IMG/VR virus record: IMGVR_UViG_3300034272_001471
Coordinates: 1 to 61,028 of that record
Length of the DNA stretch: 61,028 bases
Strand: one strand, 5' to 3'
DNA from: a virus
Taxonomy: Duplodnaviria > Caudoviricetes
Positions 44,909 through 55,172 of this stretch are shown one piece after another. Numbering within the stretch: the stretch's first letter is position 1; each line of letters begins with the position of its first letter. The notes under the pieces were generated by a model. That model had not been told where the DNA came from. It did no database searches and was given only the letters and a program-made list of their open reading frames with translations. A program made the position numbers and the translations under genes.

Positions 44909-45438
44909 ACCCCTCTCCCCTTTGCCCGGTAGGCGTGTTTCTCAATGATCTTGGCCCGCAGCTCCTTGGCGTTGGCTGTGGGGTTCTTCCGCTTCTGTTT
45001 GTGAACCTCATCCTGAACGATGGATTCCGCTAACAGTTTGCGTTGCGGCGGCGCCGGGCCGGGGTCGTAGTTCACGCTCCCGGCGACGGCCATGCGGCGA
45101 GCCTTGGCGACCTTCAGCACATCGTCGTTGCCGCTCACCCAGGCCGCCGGATCCCGCCAGCCGCGACCGTCAGCGATCCCGGAGCAGTAGTACTTTCCGG
45201 TCGGGTTGATCCCAGCCCGCTTGGCCTCGCGAATCATGTACTGGGCCTGACGCTTCGGCAGCGTGTCGAACTGCTCGTTGTTCTGCCGGCCTTCCAGGAA
45301 CGCCCGGTCAGACCCTCTGGTGCCGGGGGGGCATTGCAGGGCGCACATCTCCGCCCATCGCTCGCCGTAGGGCAGGGCAGCCTTATAGGTAGTGACAGCG
45401 TCAGGGCCAAGCGACAGAACGGAGTCAGGAATGCTCAT
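44905..45438 (-). CDS. Hypothetical protein
   Basis: ORF track; follows portal. Confidence 0.6.
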   Translation of the reverse strand: MSIPDSVLSLGPDAVTTYKAALPYGERWAEMCALQCPPGTRGSDRAFLEGRQNNEQFDTLPKRQAQYMIREAKRAGINPTGKYYCSGIADGRGWRDPAAWVSGNDDVLKVAKARRMAVAGSVNYDPGPAPPQRKLLAESIVQDEVHKQKRKNPTANAKELRAKIIEKHAYRAKGRGV

Positions 45439-45444
45439 ACAGGT

Positions 45445-47439
45445 CTATTGGGCCGGAGGGCCTTCGGGGGGTGCGGGAGGTCCTTCTAGCCCCGGCGGCG
45501 GGCCGGGGGGCGGAGGAGGGACGAGGAACTCCGAAACGTCCATCTGGTTGACCCGGCCCCACGTTGACAGGAGGGCGTTGAAGATCTCGGGCTTGCCGGC
45601 CTGCAACATCCCCTGCGACACCGGAGCCAGGATCTGCATCAGGTTGTTCAGGTTCTCGGTCTTGGTGGCGATGTTCGGCTTGCGTGCCGAGCCGGCCTCC
45701 ACCCGATACGAGTACTCCCGGACGATGTTGTCTGGGAGTTCGTTTTGGACATGCATGCCCCACGCCTGGGCTGCCATCGGCCCAAGGAGAGGCTCCACAT
45801 CCTGCGGGGAGATCAGCCACCGCGCCATCAGGGCCTCCTTGCGGGCGACCTCAGACAGCCGGTCTTCCAGCGTGTTGGCGTAATCGTCGGGCCTGACCGA
45901 GATTTGCTCGCTCTTCACGGCGGCTTCTGCCGCACTTCTGAAGGAGCTTCTGGTCATACCATAAATAAGCTCGGTCAAGCCCACCCGGCGGTCGAACATC
46001 TCCGTGACAGCCTGGACGATGTTGTACATGTCTTGGGTGACGCCGGGCATCTGGAACACCGAGATGACATCGTTCACCGAGCGGCCCACAGCCTCGGAGA
46101 TTTCTACGATGTTGAAGCCGCCTTCGCTCTTCTCCAGGATCTTCGATTTGATGTCCGGGTCCGCGGCCTTCGCCACGCCGATGAGCGTCTGCGAGGAGGT
46201 GGCAATGCGGGTCGCCAGGAACGACATCGCCCAGTTGATGAACCGCAGCTCACCGATGCCGGGCTTGATCAGACTGATCGGCCAGGAGTAGCCGGGCTGG
46301 CGATGCCAATCCAAGAGCGTGAACGGCCACCCGTTCGGCTCTGCCCAGAAGGGGATCGGCCACTGGCAAGACATGAACAGCGTCTGCGGGACGCCCGTCT
46401 CGTCCACCTCCTCTTGGAGCATGGCCGGCGGAGCGTTCAGGGGGAAGTCGATTCCCTCCGCGACGACGATGTAGCAGTTGGGCCCCAAGGCGTCGAACTT
46501 GCCTCGCAGGTCACGGTCGGCGTCCTTCAGCCGGTCGCCAAACCCAGTCTTGCTGTAGACCTCCCAGTAGCAGATCAGGTCGTTGGTCTTGCCAGTCTTC
46601 TTCTTGTGTTCGTAGCCCCGGCTGCCCTGCTCGGCCCGGGTGGAGTAGGACTCAATGTGCCCCTTCAGCTCCGAGCGATCCAGGCCGAACTTGGCCGCAA
46701 CGTCGTCGATGGGCTGCACTCGCCTCCGGGCCGCCCAGCGAATGTCGTCGAACTCGTCCGCGTCCGGGTCCCACACCAAGTTGTCGATGGAGTCATAGAA
46801 CGACCCAGCCAACTTCACGGCAGATCCGGGCGGCTGGTACAGCTCATGCCACCACACCCCAGCACCCTTAATGAACGCCTCGTCCACCACCTTGCGAGTG
46901 TGCCGCTTCAGGTCCAGTTCGTTCGGGGTGTAGTTCAGGTAGTCTTCCAGGAGTTTGGCGATCAACTTGCGCCGCTCGTACATGAACCCCTGCTGCTGGA
47001 CGGCCTGCTGGTAGGCCATCATCATCATGTCTGGCATCATCACCATCTGGCCGTCCGGCCCCATGACCGGCTGGCCATCTGGCCCCATCTGCGGAACCGG
47101 CGGCTGGGGTTGAATCCCCAGCATCGCCGGGCCGATCAGCGGATAGTCCTTGGGGGAGACAGTCCGCTGGGGGTTGCGGTGATGGATGACAGACCCAAAG
47201 AGAGTGACCGCCTCAAAGACGCGGTTCACCACCATCCGGTACGGAGGCGCCGAAATGCCCTTGTTGTAGCCCCGCTCGCCCCGGGAATGCTCGTTGCCCC
47301 ACATGGCGTTGGGGTCCGACGAGTAGAAGCCCATGGCTTCCTTGGCGTCGTCGGTGAAGGCTTTCTTGTGGGCTTCAGCCTGCTTAATGCACTCCAGCCA
47401 GCGCTTGGCTATCGGGCGCAGGGGATTGTCGTCGGGCAT
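45445..47439 (-). CDS. Portal protein
   Basis: 664 aa downstream of terminase; AFIKGAG, LVWDP, GLTELIYG...RSAAEA pattern of podovirus-type portals. Confidence 0.75.
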   Translation of the reverse strand: MPDDNPLRPIAKRWLECIKQAEAHKKAFTDDAKEAMGFYSSDPNAMWGNEHSRGERGYNKGISAPPYRMVVNRVFEAVTLFGSVIHHRNPQRTVSPKDYPLIGPAMLGIQPQPPVPQMGPDGQPVMGPDGQMVMMPDMMMMAYQQAVQQQGFMYERRKLIAKLLEDYLNYTPNELDLKRHTRKVVDEAFIKGAGVWWHELYQPPGSAVKLAGSFYDSIDNLVWDPDADEFDDIRWAARRRVQPIDDVAAKFGLDRSELKGHIESYSTRAEQGSRGYEHKKKTGKTNDLICYWEVYSKTGFGDRLKDADRDLRGKFDALGPNCYIVVAEGIDFPLNAPPAMLQEEVDETGVPQTLFMSCQWPIPFWAEPNGWPFTLLDWHRQPGYSWPISLIKPGIGELRFINWAMSFLATRIATSSQTLIGVAKAADPDIKSKILEKSEGGFNIVEISEAVGRSVNDVISVFQMPGVTQDMYNIVQAVTEMFDRRVGLTELIYGMTRSSFRSAAEAAVKSEQISVRPDDYANTLEDRLSEVARKEALMARWLISPQDVEPLLGPMAAQAWGMHVQNELPDNIVREYSYRVEAGSARKPNIATKTENLNNLMQILAPVSQGMLQAGKPEIFNALLSTWGRVNQMDVSEFLVPPPPPGPPPGLEGPPAPPEGPPAQ

Positions 47440-47463
47440 GGCGTCTCCTACTGACTAATGCCC

Positions 47464-47787
47464 CTACTTGCGACTTTTGGGGTCCAGGGCCTCCAGCTTC
47501 TTCTCCAGGAGGGAAACACGCTCGGAAAGCAGGGTAAACTTGGGGTCCCTGGGCCGATGCTCCCAGAACCCGTACCGCTTCCATTCCGGGAACTCGTTGA
47601 CGCCCTCGTCCGAGATATGGTGGACAGACGGCCGGATAATCACCCCCGACTCCCCCGACATGGCGTACAGGGTCAGGGTGCGGGCCGCCGCCTTGCAGAC
47701 AATCGCCGGCACGTGCGGGGCGCCTTCATGGACCTGGAACAGGACGATCTCGCCAACTTCCGCCTGCGGCATTTCGTAGTTGCTCAT
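47464..47787 (-). CDS. Hypothetical protein
   Basis: ATGA overlap with terminase. Confidence 0.55.
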   Translation of the reverse strand: MSNYEMPQAEVGEIVLFQVHEGAPHVPAIVCKAAARTLTLYAMSGESGVIIRPSVHHISDEGVNEFPEWKRYGFWEHRPRDPKFTLLSERVSLLEKKLEALDPKSRK

Positions 47788-49478
47788 CGACTGATACTCC
47801 CATTGGGGGCTAGGAACACACACGGATCTTCGGACTTGCGCTCACGGGCCAGCCGGGCGGCCCGCCACTTCACCCACCATGGTTCGGGGCCGACCTGAGA
47901 CGGCGGCCGGTGGTATCGCGGCTCGTAGGCACAGAGGTATTCGGCTGTCTGGCAGGCATGGACCTCGCCCCGCGTCTGCGGCTCGTCGGTCACGTACACC
48001 TGCCCGTTGACTGTACTCGTCTTCTTCCGGTATCGCTTCAGCTCCCGGACGAGGTTGGGGCAGCCGCCCTCCAGGATTTTGAACTTGGTCGTCCCGTCGC
48101 CACGGATGTGCATCATCTGCCTGACCATGGCAGTGCGAGACGGGATGTCGTCCGAGCCGGGCAGGAACTGATGGCCCGTCAGGGCGAATTTGACGTTCCG
48201 CTTCTTCAGCTCCTCGGAGTACAGCTCATGCGGGAGCCGGCCGGACCCAAGGTCGCGCAGGGCTCCACCATGCATGTCCATGATCGCCGCGTAGATGTAC
48301 TGGTGCTGGGCCTTGGCGCAGAACTGCTCGCCCCAGATCAGGGCGTTGCAGTTGCGGATGTACAGCTCGTCATAGAAGAGAAGGAACTTCTCGTCTGGGG
48401 GCACGGCTGCAAACAGCGTGGCCATGACGGCGTGCCCGGGGTCAATCGCAACGTACCGCGTCCACTCAGGCGGGATCTGGCCGTCAGGCAATTTCGACCG
48501 GCCCATCATGTGGACCGACGCATTGAACGTCGGGTACATGAGCGTGGAGCCGGTGGTGAACTCGCCCTCGGCGCGCATCTTCAGTTCGTCCGGGCCGAGC
48601 GCCGCCCACCGCTCCAGGTTCTTTTTCTTCTCCTCCTGGTCGATGTGGTCGTTGTCCAAGAATCGGAGGACGAACTTCCGGATGATGGGGTTTTCAATCC
48701 CCTCCTCTTCTGCCTTGTCGGCCCGCTCGCACAGGCCAAGTAGGGCGTCATTCTTGGACCACGGCATGGCCGACCAGACGAAGCGCCCCTTGCGATCCGA
48801 GAGGCGGGCCTGCATTTCCCCCACCCAGCGCTCATTGTTGATGTCTTCGTCGATATGAACGAGGTCGGCCTGGAAGCCCTGCGGAGGCTCTCCCTCTGAC
48901 GAGAAGCAGTAGATGGTCCAGCCGTTGGTCAACTCGGCCTTATTGAGGTAGCCGGCGTTCTTCTGGGTCCACGCCATGTCCTTGATCATGCGCGGCGGGA
49001 TTAGGGGAGGGGCCGGCTTGGACTGGGCCTTCCGTTCGATGTCGCCAAGAAGCGCGGGGTTGAAGGCGCGCCACATCCCAGTCGTCCTGTCCCGGATGAT
49101 CCGGAACGCCCCGGCCTTGAACAACATCGGATACACCACCATGCCGATGTGCTGCCAGTTCTTGCCGATGATGACGAGGTTGCCACCTTCCTTCGGGTAC
49201 TTGTTGTGCGGGTCCTGCCCTGTAGCGGCGCGGGCATCTTCGATGAACGTGCATGCACTCTTGCCGGATCTGTTGCCACCGATTACCAGACGTTCACTGG
49301 CGATGCAGGAATGGAACTCCTCCTGCTTCGGCATGGGCACCCATAGACGCAGTGCCTCCAGACGACGCTCAGTGAGCGCAGCCTGAACGTCCTTCATCTG
49401 CGAAAGGGCGTGTTGCGTCAGCCCGCCGATTGGGCCTTCAGCCTTCGGCGGGGGTGGTATCTTCGGATGCTTTGGCAT
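47784..49478 (-). CDS. terL: Terminase large subunit
   Basis: Walker A GGNRSGKS, Walker B VHIDE, nuclease AIDPG, LVRELKRY. Confidence 0.88.
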   Translation of the reverse strand: MPKHPKIPPPPKAEGPIGGLTQHALSQMKDVQAALTERRLEALRLWVPMPKQEEFHSCIASERLVIGGNRSGKSACTFIEDARAATGQDPHNKYPKEGGNLVIIGKNWQHIGMVVYPMLFKAGAFRIIRDRTTGMWRAFNPALLGDIERKAQSKPAPPLIPPRMIKDMAWTQKNAGYLNKAELTNGWTIYCFSSEGEPPQGFQADLVHIDEDINNERWVGEMQARLSDRKGRFVWSAMPWSKNDALLGLCERADKAEEEGIENPIIRKFVLRFLDNDHIDQEEKKKNLERWAALGPDELKMRAEGEFTTGSTLMYPTFNASVHMMGRSKLPDGQIPPEWTRYVAIDPGHAVMATLFAAVPPDEKFLLFYDELYIRNCNALIWGEQFCAKAQHQYIYAAIMDMHGGALRDLGSGRLPHELYSEELKKRNVKFALTGHQFLPGSDDIPSRTAMVRQMMHIRGDGTTKFKILEGGCPNLVRELKRYRKKTSTVNGQVYVTDEPQTRGEVHACQTAEYLCAYEPRYHRPPSQVGPEPWWVKWRAARLARERKSEDPCVFLAPNGSISR

Positions 49479-49668
49479 GTTTTTTTGCAAGAAAACGTGA
49501 CGCAGGGCTGGGCGTCCATTCGCCGCACTGGTCAGTGGGGCCGGTCAGCGGGAAGGAGTTGTTGTCCGGGCCCGCTATCGGCGGGTATCTCCGGCACTTG
49601 CCGAATGTCTCCGACACTGCCTGCCACCAGCGGCAGGTTTGGCACACTATGTCCATCGACCACCTCAA
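49438..49668 (-). CDS. Small Cys-rich phage protein
   Basis: CQTCRWW...CRRYPP...FP...CGEW. Confidence 0.55.
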   Translation of the reverse strand: MRWSMDIVCQTCRWWQAVSETFGKCRRYPPIAGPDNNSFPLTGPTDQCGEWTPSPASRFLAKKHAKASEDTTPAEG

Positions 49669-50152
49669 CTTTCTGTATGGTCAGCGCCGCCTCCAAGACC
49701 TGTCGTCTCAGTTCGGCCTCCAGCTCTTCCTCGCTCATCAACTCCAGCGGCTTCTTCGATCCACCCATGGCAGTGTTGTCCTTCACCAGTCGGACCACGG
49801 AGTCCAGCATCTTGGTGCGGAATGCCCCGCCAACAGGCGAGTCGTAGAATTGCTTCATGAAGGCGTTCGCGAACCCACGGACGCCGCCGAAGTACTCCAT
49901 GATCACTTCGGTCAGCTCGGACGAGTGCGGGATGTTTGCCCCGCCCAGGCGAGAGGCTTTGATAAAGGAGTCGATAGCCGACTTCTCAATCTTTGCCAGC
50001 CGCCGGTTGCGAACCTGCTTCCGCTCGCCTTTGAGACGAGCGTTCCGGCACTTGCGACAACGGGCGTGATACCCGTCCTTCGACTTGTGGAAGTTCGCAG
50101 TGGTGGCGGGGTAGGATTCCCCGCACTGTATGCACGCCTTATACCCCGACAC
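49532..50152 (-). CDS. Zn-ribbon protein, candidate terminase small subunit
   Basis: CIQC...CRKC; MSEEELEAEL; upstream of terL. Confidence 0.5.
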   Translation of the reverse strand: MSGYKACIQCGESYPATTANFHKSKDGYHARCRKCRNARLKGERKQVRNRRLAKIEKSAIDSFIKASRLGGANIPHSSELTEVIMEYFGGVRGFANAFMKQFYDSPVGGAFRTKMLDSVVRLVKDNTAMGGSKKPLELMSEEELEAELRRQVLEAALTIQKVEVVDGHSVPNLPLVAGSVGDIRQVPEIPADSGPGQQLLPADRPH

Positions 50153-51014
50153 TCTTTAGCCACGCAGGGGGAGGAATGTCGATCAACTTCACGCCGGGGT
50201 CCACATTGCCTTCCCAGCAGGACTTCAGTTTGTTGCTGATGTCCTTGGCCGCCACAACCTGCGGCTTGCCCACGCACTTCGGCTTCCAGTGCCCCGCCCA
50301 GGCGTCCCAGTTGCAGTACACCGGGTTGTACCCCAGCTTCTGCGTGCCCACCAAGGAGAGGTCGCGGGTCATCGTTACGTCTTCTGTGGAAGCCTTCTCG
50401 GCGGCGTACTTGTCCTTCCATTCGTAGTACGCAAACGGCTTGTCTTTCTCGTCCTGCGGTTCGATCAAGTCAAAGACTCTCATGTCAAAAATAATCAGGC
50501 CGGTCGGCAGGGCTGCGCACTCTTGGATTCCAGCCAGCTTTGCTGCTTCGGATCGCTCATACATCTTCAACTGGAAGTCCGGGTTTTGATGTTCGGACTG
50601 CATGCTGTCCCACTTGAACACGTAGACGCACTCCATTGGCGGCGGTCCACAGTAAGGAGCGCCGACCACATGCGGCCCCTTGCCGTAGTTAGAAATCAAG
50701 AAGTCAAGAGAGGACTGAATGAATGGCTTGGCCAAGGGGTCTTGCCCAACGTACATGTCGGGCTTCATGTCCGAATCGACCATCACCAAGAAGTCGGTCT
50801 TGAACTCTCTAGCCTTTTTGATGGCCTGATTGCGGCTCATCGTTATTGGCGTATCAGAGATGTTGAAGATTCTTAGCTCGCCGAATCGCTCGTCGCGCGC
50901 CAGGCCGCAGACCAGCGGCACCTGCCATTCCCTAATGTCTGGAGTTTCGGATGAGATTCCTCCGTTCCCGCCATACGCAAAATGAGCGAAAGCCAAATTA
51001 TACTTCGGGGGCAT
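50139..51014 (-). CDS. Glycosyltransferase family 2-like protein
   Basis: SRNQAIKKA...DFLVMVDSD (DxD), TGLIIFD..VF, TED, GH. Confidence 0.65.
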   Translation of the reverse strand: MPPKYNLAFAHFAYGGNGGISSETPDIREWQVPLVCGLARDERFGELRIFNISDTPITMSRNQAIKKAREFKTDFLVMVDSDMKPDMYVGQDPLAKPFIQSSLDFLISNYGKGPHVVGAPYCGPPPMECVYVFKWDSMQSEHQNPDFQLKMYERSEAAKLAGIQECAALPTGLIIFDMRVFDLIEPQDEKDKPFAYYEWKDKYAAEKASTEDVTMTRDLSLVGTQKLGYNPVYCNWDAWAGHWKPKCVGKPQVVAAKDISNKLKSCWEGNVDPGVKLIDIPPPAWLKSVGV

Positions 51015-51552
51015 TGGTTTCCTTTCTAATGAGGTCGCAGATTTCACTGAAGAGAGATGTAGCTTCCTGAGTCACTGAGCCGCTCTTTGTCCAGTTATCA
51101 ATCGGCCGCGCTGGACGAAGGTTGCGCCAGTTGTTTGCCGCAAGAACTTGGACGCGGTCGCTGGGGTCGATTGCGCAGAGCGGATAGATGTGATCAATGT
51201 GCCAGCCGGCTCTTTCCTCCCATGACATGCCTTCCAAGAACTGCTCCTCCAACTTTTCGCGAAGCTCTTTAGGCGTGCAGCCGCACATCTTGACGGCAGC
51301 AGTCACCAATCGGCCCCGACCAACCGCCTTGGAAAGGCGAGCCTTGAGTTGGCACAGCAGCCGGTAGTCAGGATCGCTGTGATAGCGCTTTCGCTTATAG
51401 TCTCGCTGAGATTGACGAAATCGTTCCGCATTTTTAACGCGGTACTTGAGATTCCACGCCCGCACCTTTTCTGGGTTGGCTAGGCGATAGGCAGCATTGC
51501 TGGCGTTTACCGAAAGCCGTTTTTGTTCTGCCGCCGCTTGCTGCATGATCAC
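50998..51552 (-). CDS. HNH-type homing endonuclease-like protein
   Basis: GCT..ELREKLEEQF.EGMSW...WHIDHIYP...NWRNLRP...NWTKS. Confidence 0.75.
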   Translation of the reverse strand: MIMQQAAAEQKRLSVNASNAAYRLANPEKVRAWNLKYRVKNAERFRQSQRDYKRKRYHSDPDYRLLCQLKARLSKAVGRGRLVTAAVKMCGCTPKELREKLEEQFLEGMSWEERAGWHIDHIYPLCAIDPSDRVQVLAANNWRNLRPARPIDNWTKSGSVTQEATSLFSEICDLIRKETNAPEV

Positions 51553-51600
51553 CTCGGGGGGGTGGTGATAGTCTACCAGACTAATGGACGGCTGTCCACA

Positions 51601-52215
51601 CTACCGAAACCGGCCACTAGCAGGCGGGCTGCTGGGTCGCTGCGGCATTGGGGGCCTGCCAAATGGATTGCCAGACATCGGCTGACCGCCAAACGGCTGG
51701 CCGTACGACTGCTGCGGTGCGCCGTAGGGCTGCGGCCGGTAGCCACCTCCGCCCTCTCCGCCCCCTCGGCGGCCTCCTTCGCCACCTCCACGCATGCCCT
51801 CTCCACCACGGCGGCCTCCCTCACCACCTCCACCACCCTCGCTCCCGCCGGGGCGGTAGTTGCTGAACGGGGCCGGTGATCCGCCATACGGCGTCCCCTG
51901 CGGCGACGGCTGGATGGGCTGGGCATTCCCCATTCGCCACTGCTGCTTGGGCGTCATCGGGGCGGAGGGGGCCGGCGGTGCGGCGGGACCATACATCGGC
52001 ACCGGGCCTTGGGGCTGCGGGGCACGCTGGTAAGGCGAAAACCCGCCCGCGGCCTGCTGCTGTTGCCCCCCGTAGCCCGGCTGGTTGCCATAGGCTGGCG
52101 GGGCGTGCTGCATGGGCGGAGGGCCGTACGGCGTGCCCTGCGGCGGAGAGCCAATGGGCTGGCCCCACGGGTTATAGGGCCTCGTATACGACCCATTGGG
52201 CATAATGAGGCTCAT
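51601..52215 (-). CDS. Low-complexity Pro/Gln/Gly/Tyr-rich protein
   Basis: PQGTPYG x2; GGEGGRR tandem repeats. Confidence 0.5.
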   Translation of the reverse strand: MSLIMPNGSYTRPYNPWGQPIGSPPQGTPYGPPPMQHAPPAYGNQPGYGGQQQQAAGGFSPYQRAPQPQGPVPMYGPAAPPAPSAPMTPKQQWRMGNAQPIQPSPQGTPYGGSPAPFSNYRPGGSEGGGGGEGGRRGGEGMRGGGEGGRRGGGEGGGGYRPQPYGAPQQSYGQPFGGQPMSGNPFGRPPMPQRPSSPPASGRFR

Positions 52216-52380
52216 CAGCTTTCCTCCACGGTGTCGTCTACGCCCATGCCGGTGTCCTGCATCATCCGCAGCCGGAGCATGTCCAGATACGGATCCTCGC
52301 CACGGACCTCGGCTATTAGCTGACGCAGGTAGTCCAGGTTTTGAATGGCCGGATCGTTCATTTCACTTTCCAGAAAATGG

Positions 52381-52415
52381 AAAAGCCTCTGACCAAGTTG
52401 CCCTGGTCAGAGGCT
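52381..52415 (-). terminator. Rho-independent terminator after the capsid genes
   Basis: 12-bp stem agcctctgacca/tggtcagaggct followed by T-run on the minus strand. Confidence 0.7.
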
Positions 52416-52442
52416 CCCCCCTAGCCCCAAACAGGGCATAAC

Positions 52443-53033
52443 TCAATACCGGGTCTGCAGGATCGCCAAGACGTTCGCGCCAGTGGTGGCACCGACGCTG
52501 CACGCGCGGCCCAGGACGCCCACGCCGTTATCGCCGCCGCCAGTCGTCGCAGCCGAGAGCGGCGACACCGTCACGCGACCGGAGGTCGTCGCACCGGAGG
52601 TCACCGCCGTGATGCAACTCAGGCGATTGCCGACCGCAACGTCCGAGCCCGACAGGGCCACGGCCACTTCAGTCGGCCCGCTGACCGTCACCCAGAACAC
52701 ATCCTTGTCAGCCACGCCGCCCGCCGCCAGATGCTCGTCCACCACGCCAACCCGCTCCTCGTTGGTGACAGCCGCATAGCCGTCAACATGAGCGAAGACC
52801 GCCGTGCCGGCCGTGCCGACCGCAAACCGCACCACCCGCTTCGGGAGCAGAGCGGCGCCAGAGGCGTTCCGAACTGCCACGCAGGTCTTGATGCGGTTCG
52901 ACCGCACCTTGCCGGTCGTCGGATCAACGTCCGGGAACTGCTTGACAGCACCCACCCAATTCTTGCCGTCGTCGTTGGAACTGACGCCGAGCGTCTGGCC
53001 AAGGGCGAACGGCGGATCGATCAGAAGACTCAT
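52443..53033 (-). CDS. Capsid decoration/cement-like protein
   Basis: Directly downstream of MCP; AGGAG SD; FWVTVSGP. Confidence 0.55.
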   Translation of the reverse strand: MSLLIDPPFALGQTLGVSSNDDGKNWVGAVKQFPDVDPTTGKVRSNRIKTCVAVRNASGAALLPKRVVRFAVGTAGTAVFAHVDGYAAVTNEERVGVVDEHLAAGGVADKDVFWVTVSGPTEVAVALSGSDVAVGNRLSCITAVTSGATTSGRVTVSPLSAATTGGGDNGVGVLGRACSVGATTGANVLAILQTRY

Positions 53034-53052
53034 TGGTCACTTACTCCTTGGT

Positions 53053-54165
53053 TTAGACGACGAGCTTGAAGAAGTTACGCGGGCTCTTGAACTTGAGGTT
53101 ACCGAGCGTGGACACCACGTAGCGATATTGCTGCGTGATTTCGTCGTAAAACGGTCCCTCGCTGGTCAGCAAGTTCCCTTCCATGCAGAGCAGTTCGATG
53201 TTGCCCGTAGCCAGACCGTAGCCGGTGTTGGCGGGGACACTCACCTCGCTCCCGACCTCCACGCCGTCGAACTCAAACACATCCGTGAAGCCGTAGCTCC
53301 GCAGGCCGTTGGTCCGGCTGACGATCACCCGCTCCTTGGAATCCAGCGTGTTGAGGAAGTCGATGTACAGCCGCCGGTCCAAGAGGACCATGTCGATCTG
53401 GTCCTCCTTCGTATCGTTCCGGCGAGTTTGATGGATCGCCTCACGCAGCGCCTTGGAGCAGTTCTCCTTCCAGGTCGAAGCCCCGAAGTACGAGCTGTCC
53501 GCATTCACAATCACCGGGCTGAAGAAGTCGAACTCAGGATCGACCTCGCCGTCCGGCCAGGTGGCCGTCGCATCGCCCGACCCACCGTACGCACCAAGGA
53601 CGGTCGAAAGACCGGCGTAGGAGTCGTTGGGGTAGTAGAAGCGATCCGCCGTGTTGGCCGTGCGGGCCGTAGCGCCCGCCGCACCTTCCTGGATCGTCTG
53701 AGTGGCGTTCATGAACGACTCAATGCCGTGGAACCGAAGCTCGTTCCCGGAGGCATAGCCGTCCTGGACCCACTCCTTGGCAAGATACTGCTCCATCGAC
53801 GTTTGCAGGCGGCTCGCCAGCTTGCCGGCGACGTTCACCAGAGCCTGGGCGCTCCGATTTTCCAGCATCTCTTTCTTGTAGATGGCGTCCGTAACTTGGG
53901 CACCCCGGTACTCAAGCTCTAGCTTCTTCCACAGGTTCTCGCGGGCGAACGAGCGGGGAGTCTCGCCGTTGTTGCCCGAAGGATTGTGGTTCCTGTACTG
54001 GATCTCCCAGTCGAAGCCACGGCCACTCATGTTGGTGCGGATACGGCCCGCGCCCTCCAAGGCAGCGAAGAACTTAAACTTACGCAACGAAGCGACCTCT
54101 TCCTCCCGAAGGTGGTTGATGATCGTCGTTGCAATGGAACGTGCCCAGTCAGTCGAACTGCTCAT
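53053..54165 (-). CDS. Major capsid protein
   Basis: 370 aa between scaffold-like and decoration-like genes; HGIES, GF..FEFDGVEV. Confidence 0.7.
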   Translation of the reverse strand: MSSSTDWARSIATTIINHLREEEVASLRKFKFFAALEGAGRIRTNMSGRGFDWEIQYRNHNPSGNNGETPRSFARENLWKKLELEYRGAQVTDAIYKKEMLENRSAQALVNVAGKLASRLQTSMEQYLAKEWVQDGYASGNELRFHGIESFMNATQTIQEGAAGATARTANTADRFYYPNDSYAGLSTVLGAYGGSGDATATWPDGEVDPEFDFFSPVIVNADSSYFGASTWKENCSKALREAIHQTRRNDTKEDQIDMVLLDRRLYIDFLNTLDSKERVIVSRTNGLRSYGFTDVFEFDGVEVGSEVSVPANTGYGLATGNIELLCMEGNLLTSEGPFYDEITQQYRYVVSTLGNLKFKSPRNFFKLVV

Positions 54166-55172
54166 CAGATCACTCCATCGTTAACGAGTTGGCCGCGAAG
54201 ACGCTCTTCAAAAGACATCCGCTGGCGGGGTGCCCGCGGCTCTGTGGTTCCTGCACTGCGATTGGGGGTACGGGTGGCGCGCTCCCGAAGGAACTGCATG
54301 TTGCCCTCTGCCACCGGGTCAGACGGCGTGGCGGGAGCAGCCGGCTGCGGCTGATGGGCCTGGGCGCCAAGGGCCTGGCTCTGCATCTGCTGGTAGCGGA
54401 CGTTCAGCAAGTCCCGCTGCAGCATTCCGGTGGCGAACTTCCAGCGGGCCTCGGGGGTTTGGATGCCGTATTCTGCGGCCTGCTGGATGTACGCCTGGAC
54501 GGCCTGACCTTCACGGGTCACGTTCCCCGACTCATCATAGAGCCAGTCGGAGTTCTGCCGCTCAAGGTCCTGCACGTAGTTCTGAGACTGATACTGGCCC
54601 AAGTGCTGTTCGACCAGCTCCTTGGCCTTCTGCATCGCAACGTCTTCGATGAACGGCTTCAGCGTGTTCTCAGGATCCGTGACGAACTTGCGTGCGAAGT
54701 TTGCCGTGTAGTCCTGGTACTTCCGCAGGGCCTGCTGGGCTTCGTACGGGGCGTTGGGGTCAATGACCTCCTTGCCCGTCTGTGGGTCGCGGACGATGTA
54801 GCCCTTGTAGCTCTCATCGACCGAAGGCGGCGACCACCACTTAGCCTTCTCGGCCGGCTTGGGCTGGGCGGCCTCTCGCTGTGAAGCCTGCCAGCGCTCG
54901 TACTCAGCCTTGTTGCGCAGGTACTCGTTGGCCTGCGGGATCAGGTTCTGGTACTGATTCAGAACCCGCTGACTCTCCAGGTAGCCCTGCTTGGAGCGGT
55001 ACAGGTCTTGAGCGATAGCGAGGTCGTCGGCGCCCTGGTATTCCGGAAGGTGGCGGAAAGCCTCGTACGGTGTGGAGAAGCCCTGCGAGGGCTGGCCAGC
55101 GTCAGACGGCGGCGCAGCCTCAGAGACTGGGGCGTCTGCGACCGGCGCTTCGTTGAGAATTTCGTCCGACAT
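54165..55172 (-). CDS. Scaffolding protein (putative)
   Basis: Acidic N-terminus, Q-rich helices, SFEERL tail; coupled to MCP. Confidence 0.6.
   Translation of the reverse strand: MSDEILNEAPVADAPVSEAAPPSDAGQPSQGFSTPYEAFRHLPEYQGADDLAIAQDLYRSKQGYLESQRVLNQYQNLIPQANEYLRNKAEYERWQASQREAAQPKPAEKAKWWSPPSVDESYKGYIVRDPQTGKEVIDPNAPYEAQQALRKYQDYTANFARKFVTDPENTLKPFIEDVAMQKAKELVEQHLGQYQSQNYVQDLERQNSDWLYDESGNVTREGQAVQAYIQQAAEYGIQTPEARWKFATGMLQRDLLNVRYQQMQSQALGAQAHQPQPAAPATPSDPVAEGNMQFLRERATRTPNRSAGTTEPRAPRQRMSFEERLRGQLVNDGVI

Noticed and set aside
31447-47454. Long plus-strand ORFs (31447-32922, 32950-34182, 34122-35489, 40667-41992, 45745-47454)
   Set aside because: Antisense shadows of GC-rich structural genes, with no recognisable motifs.
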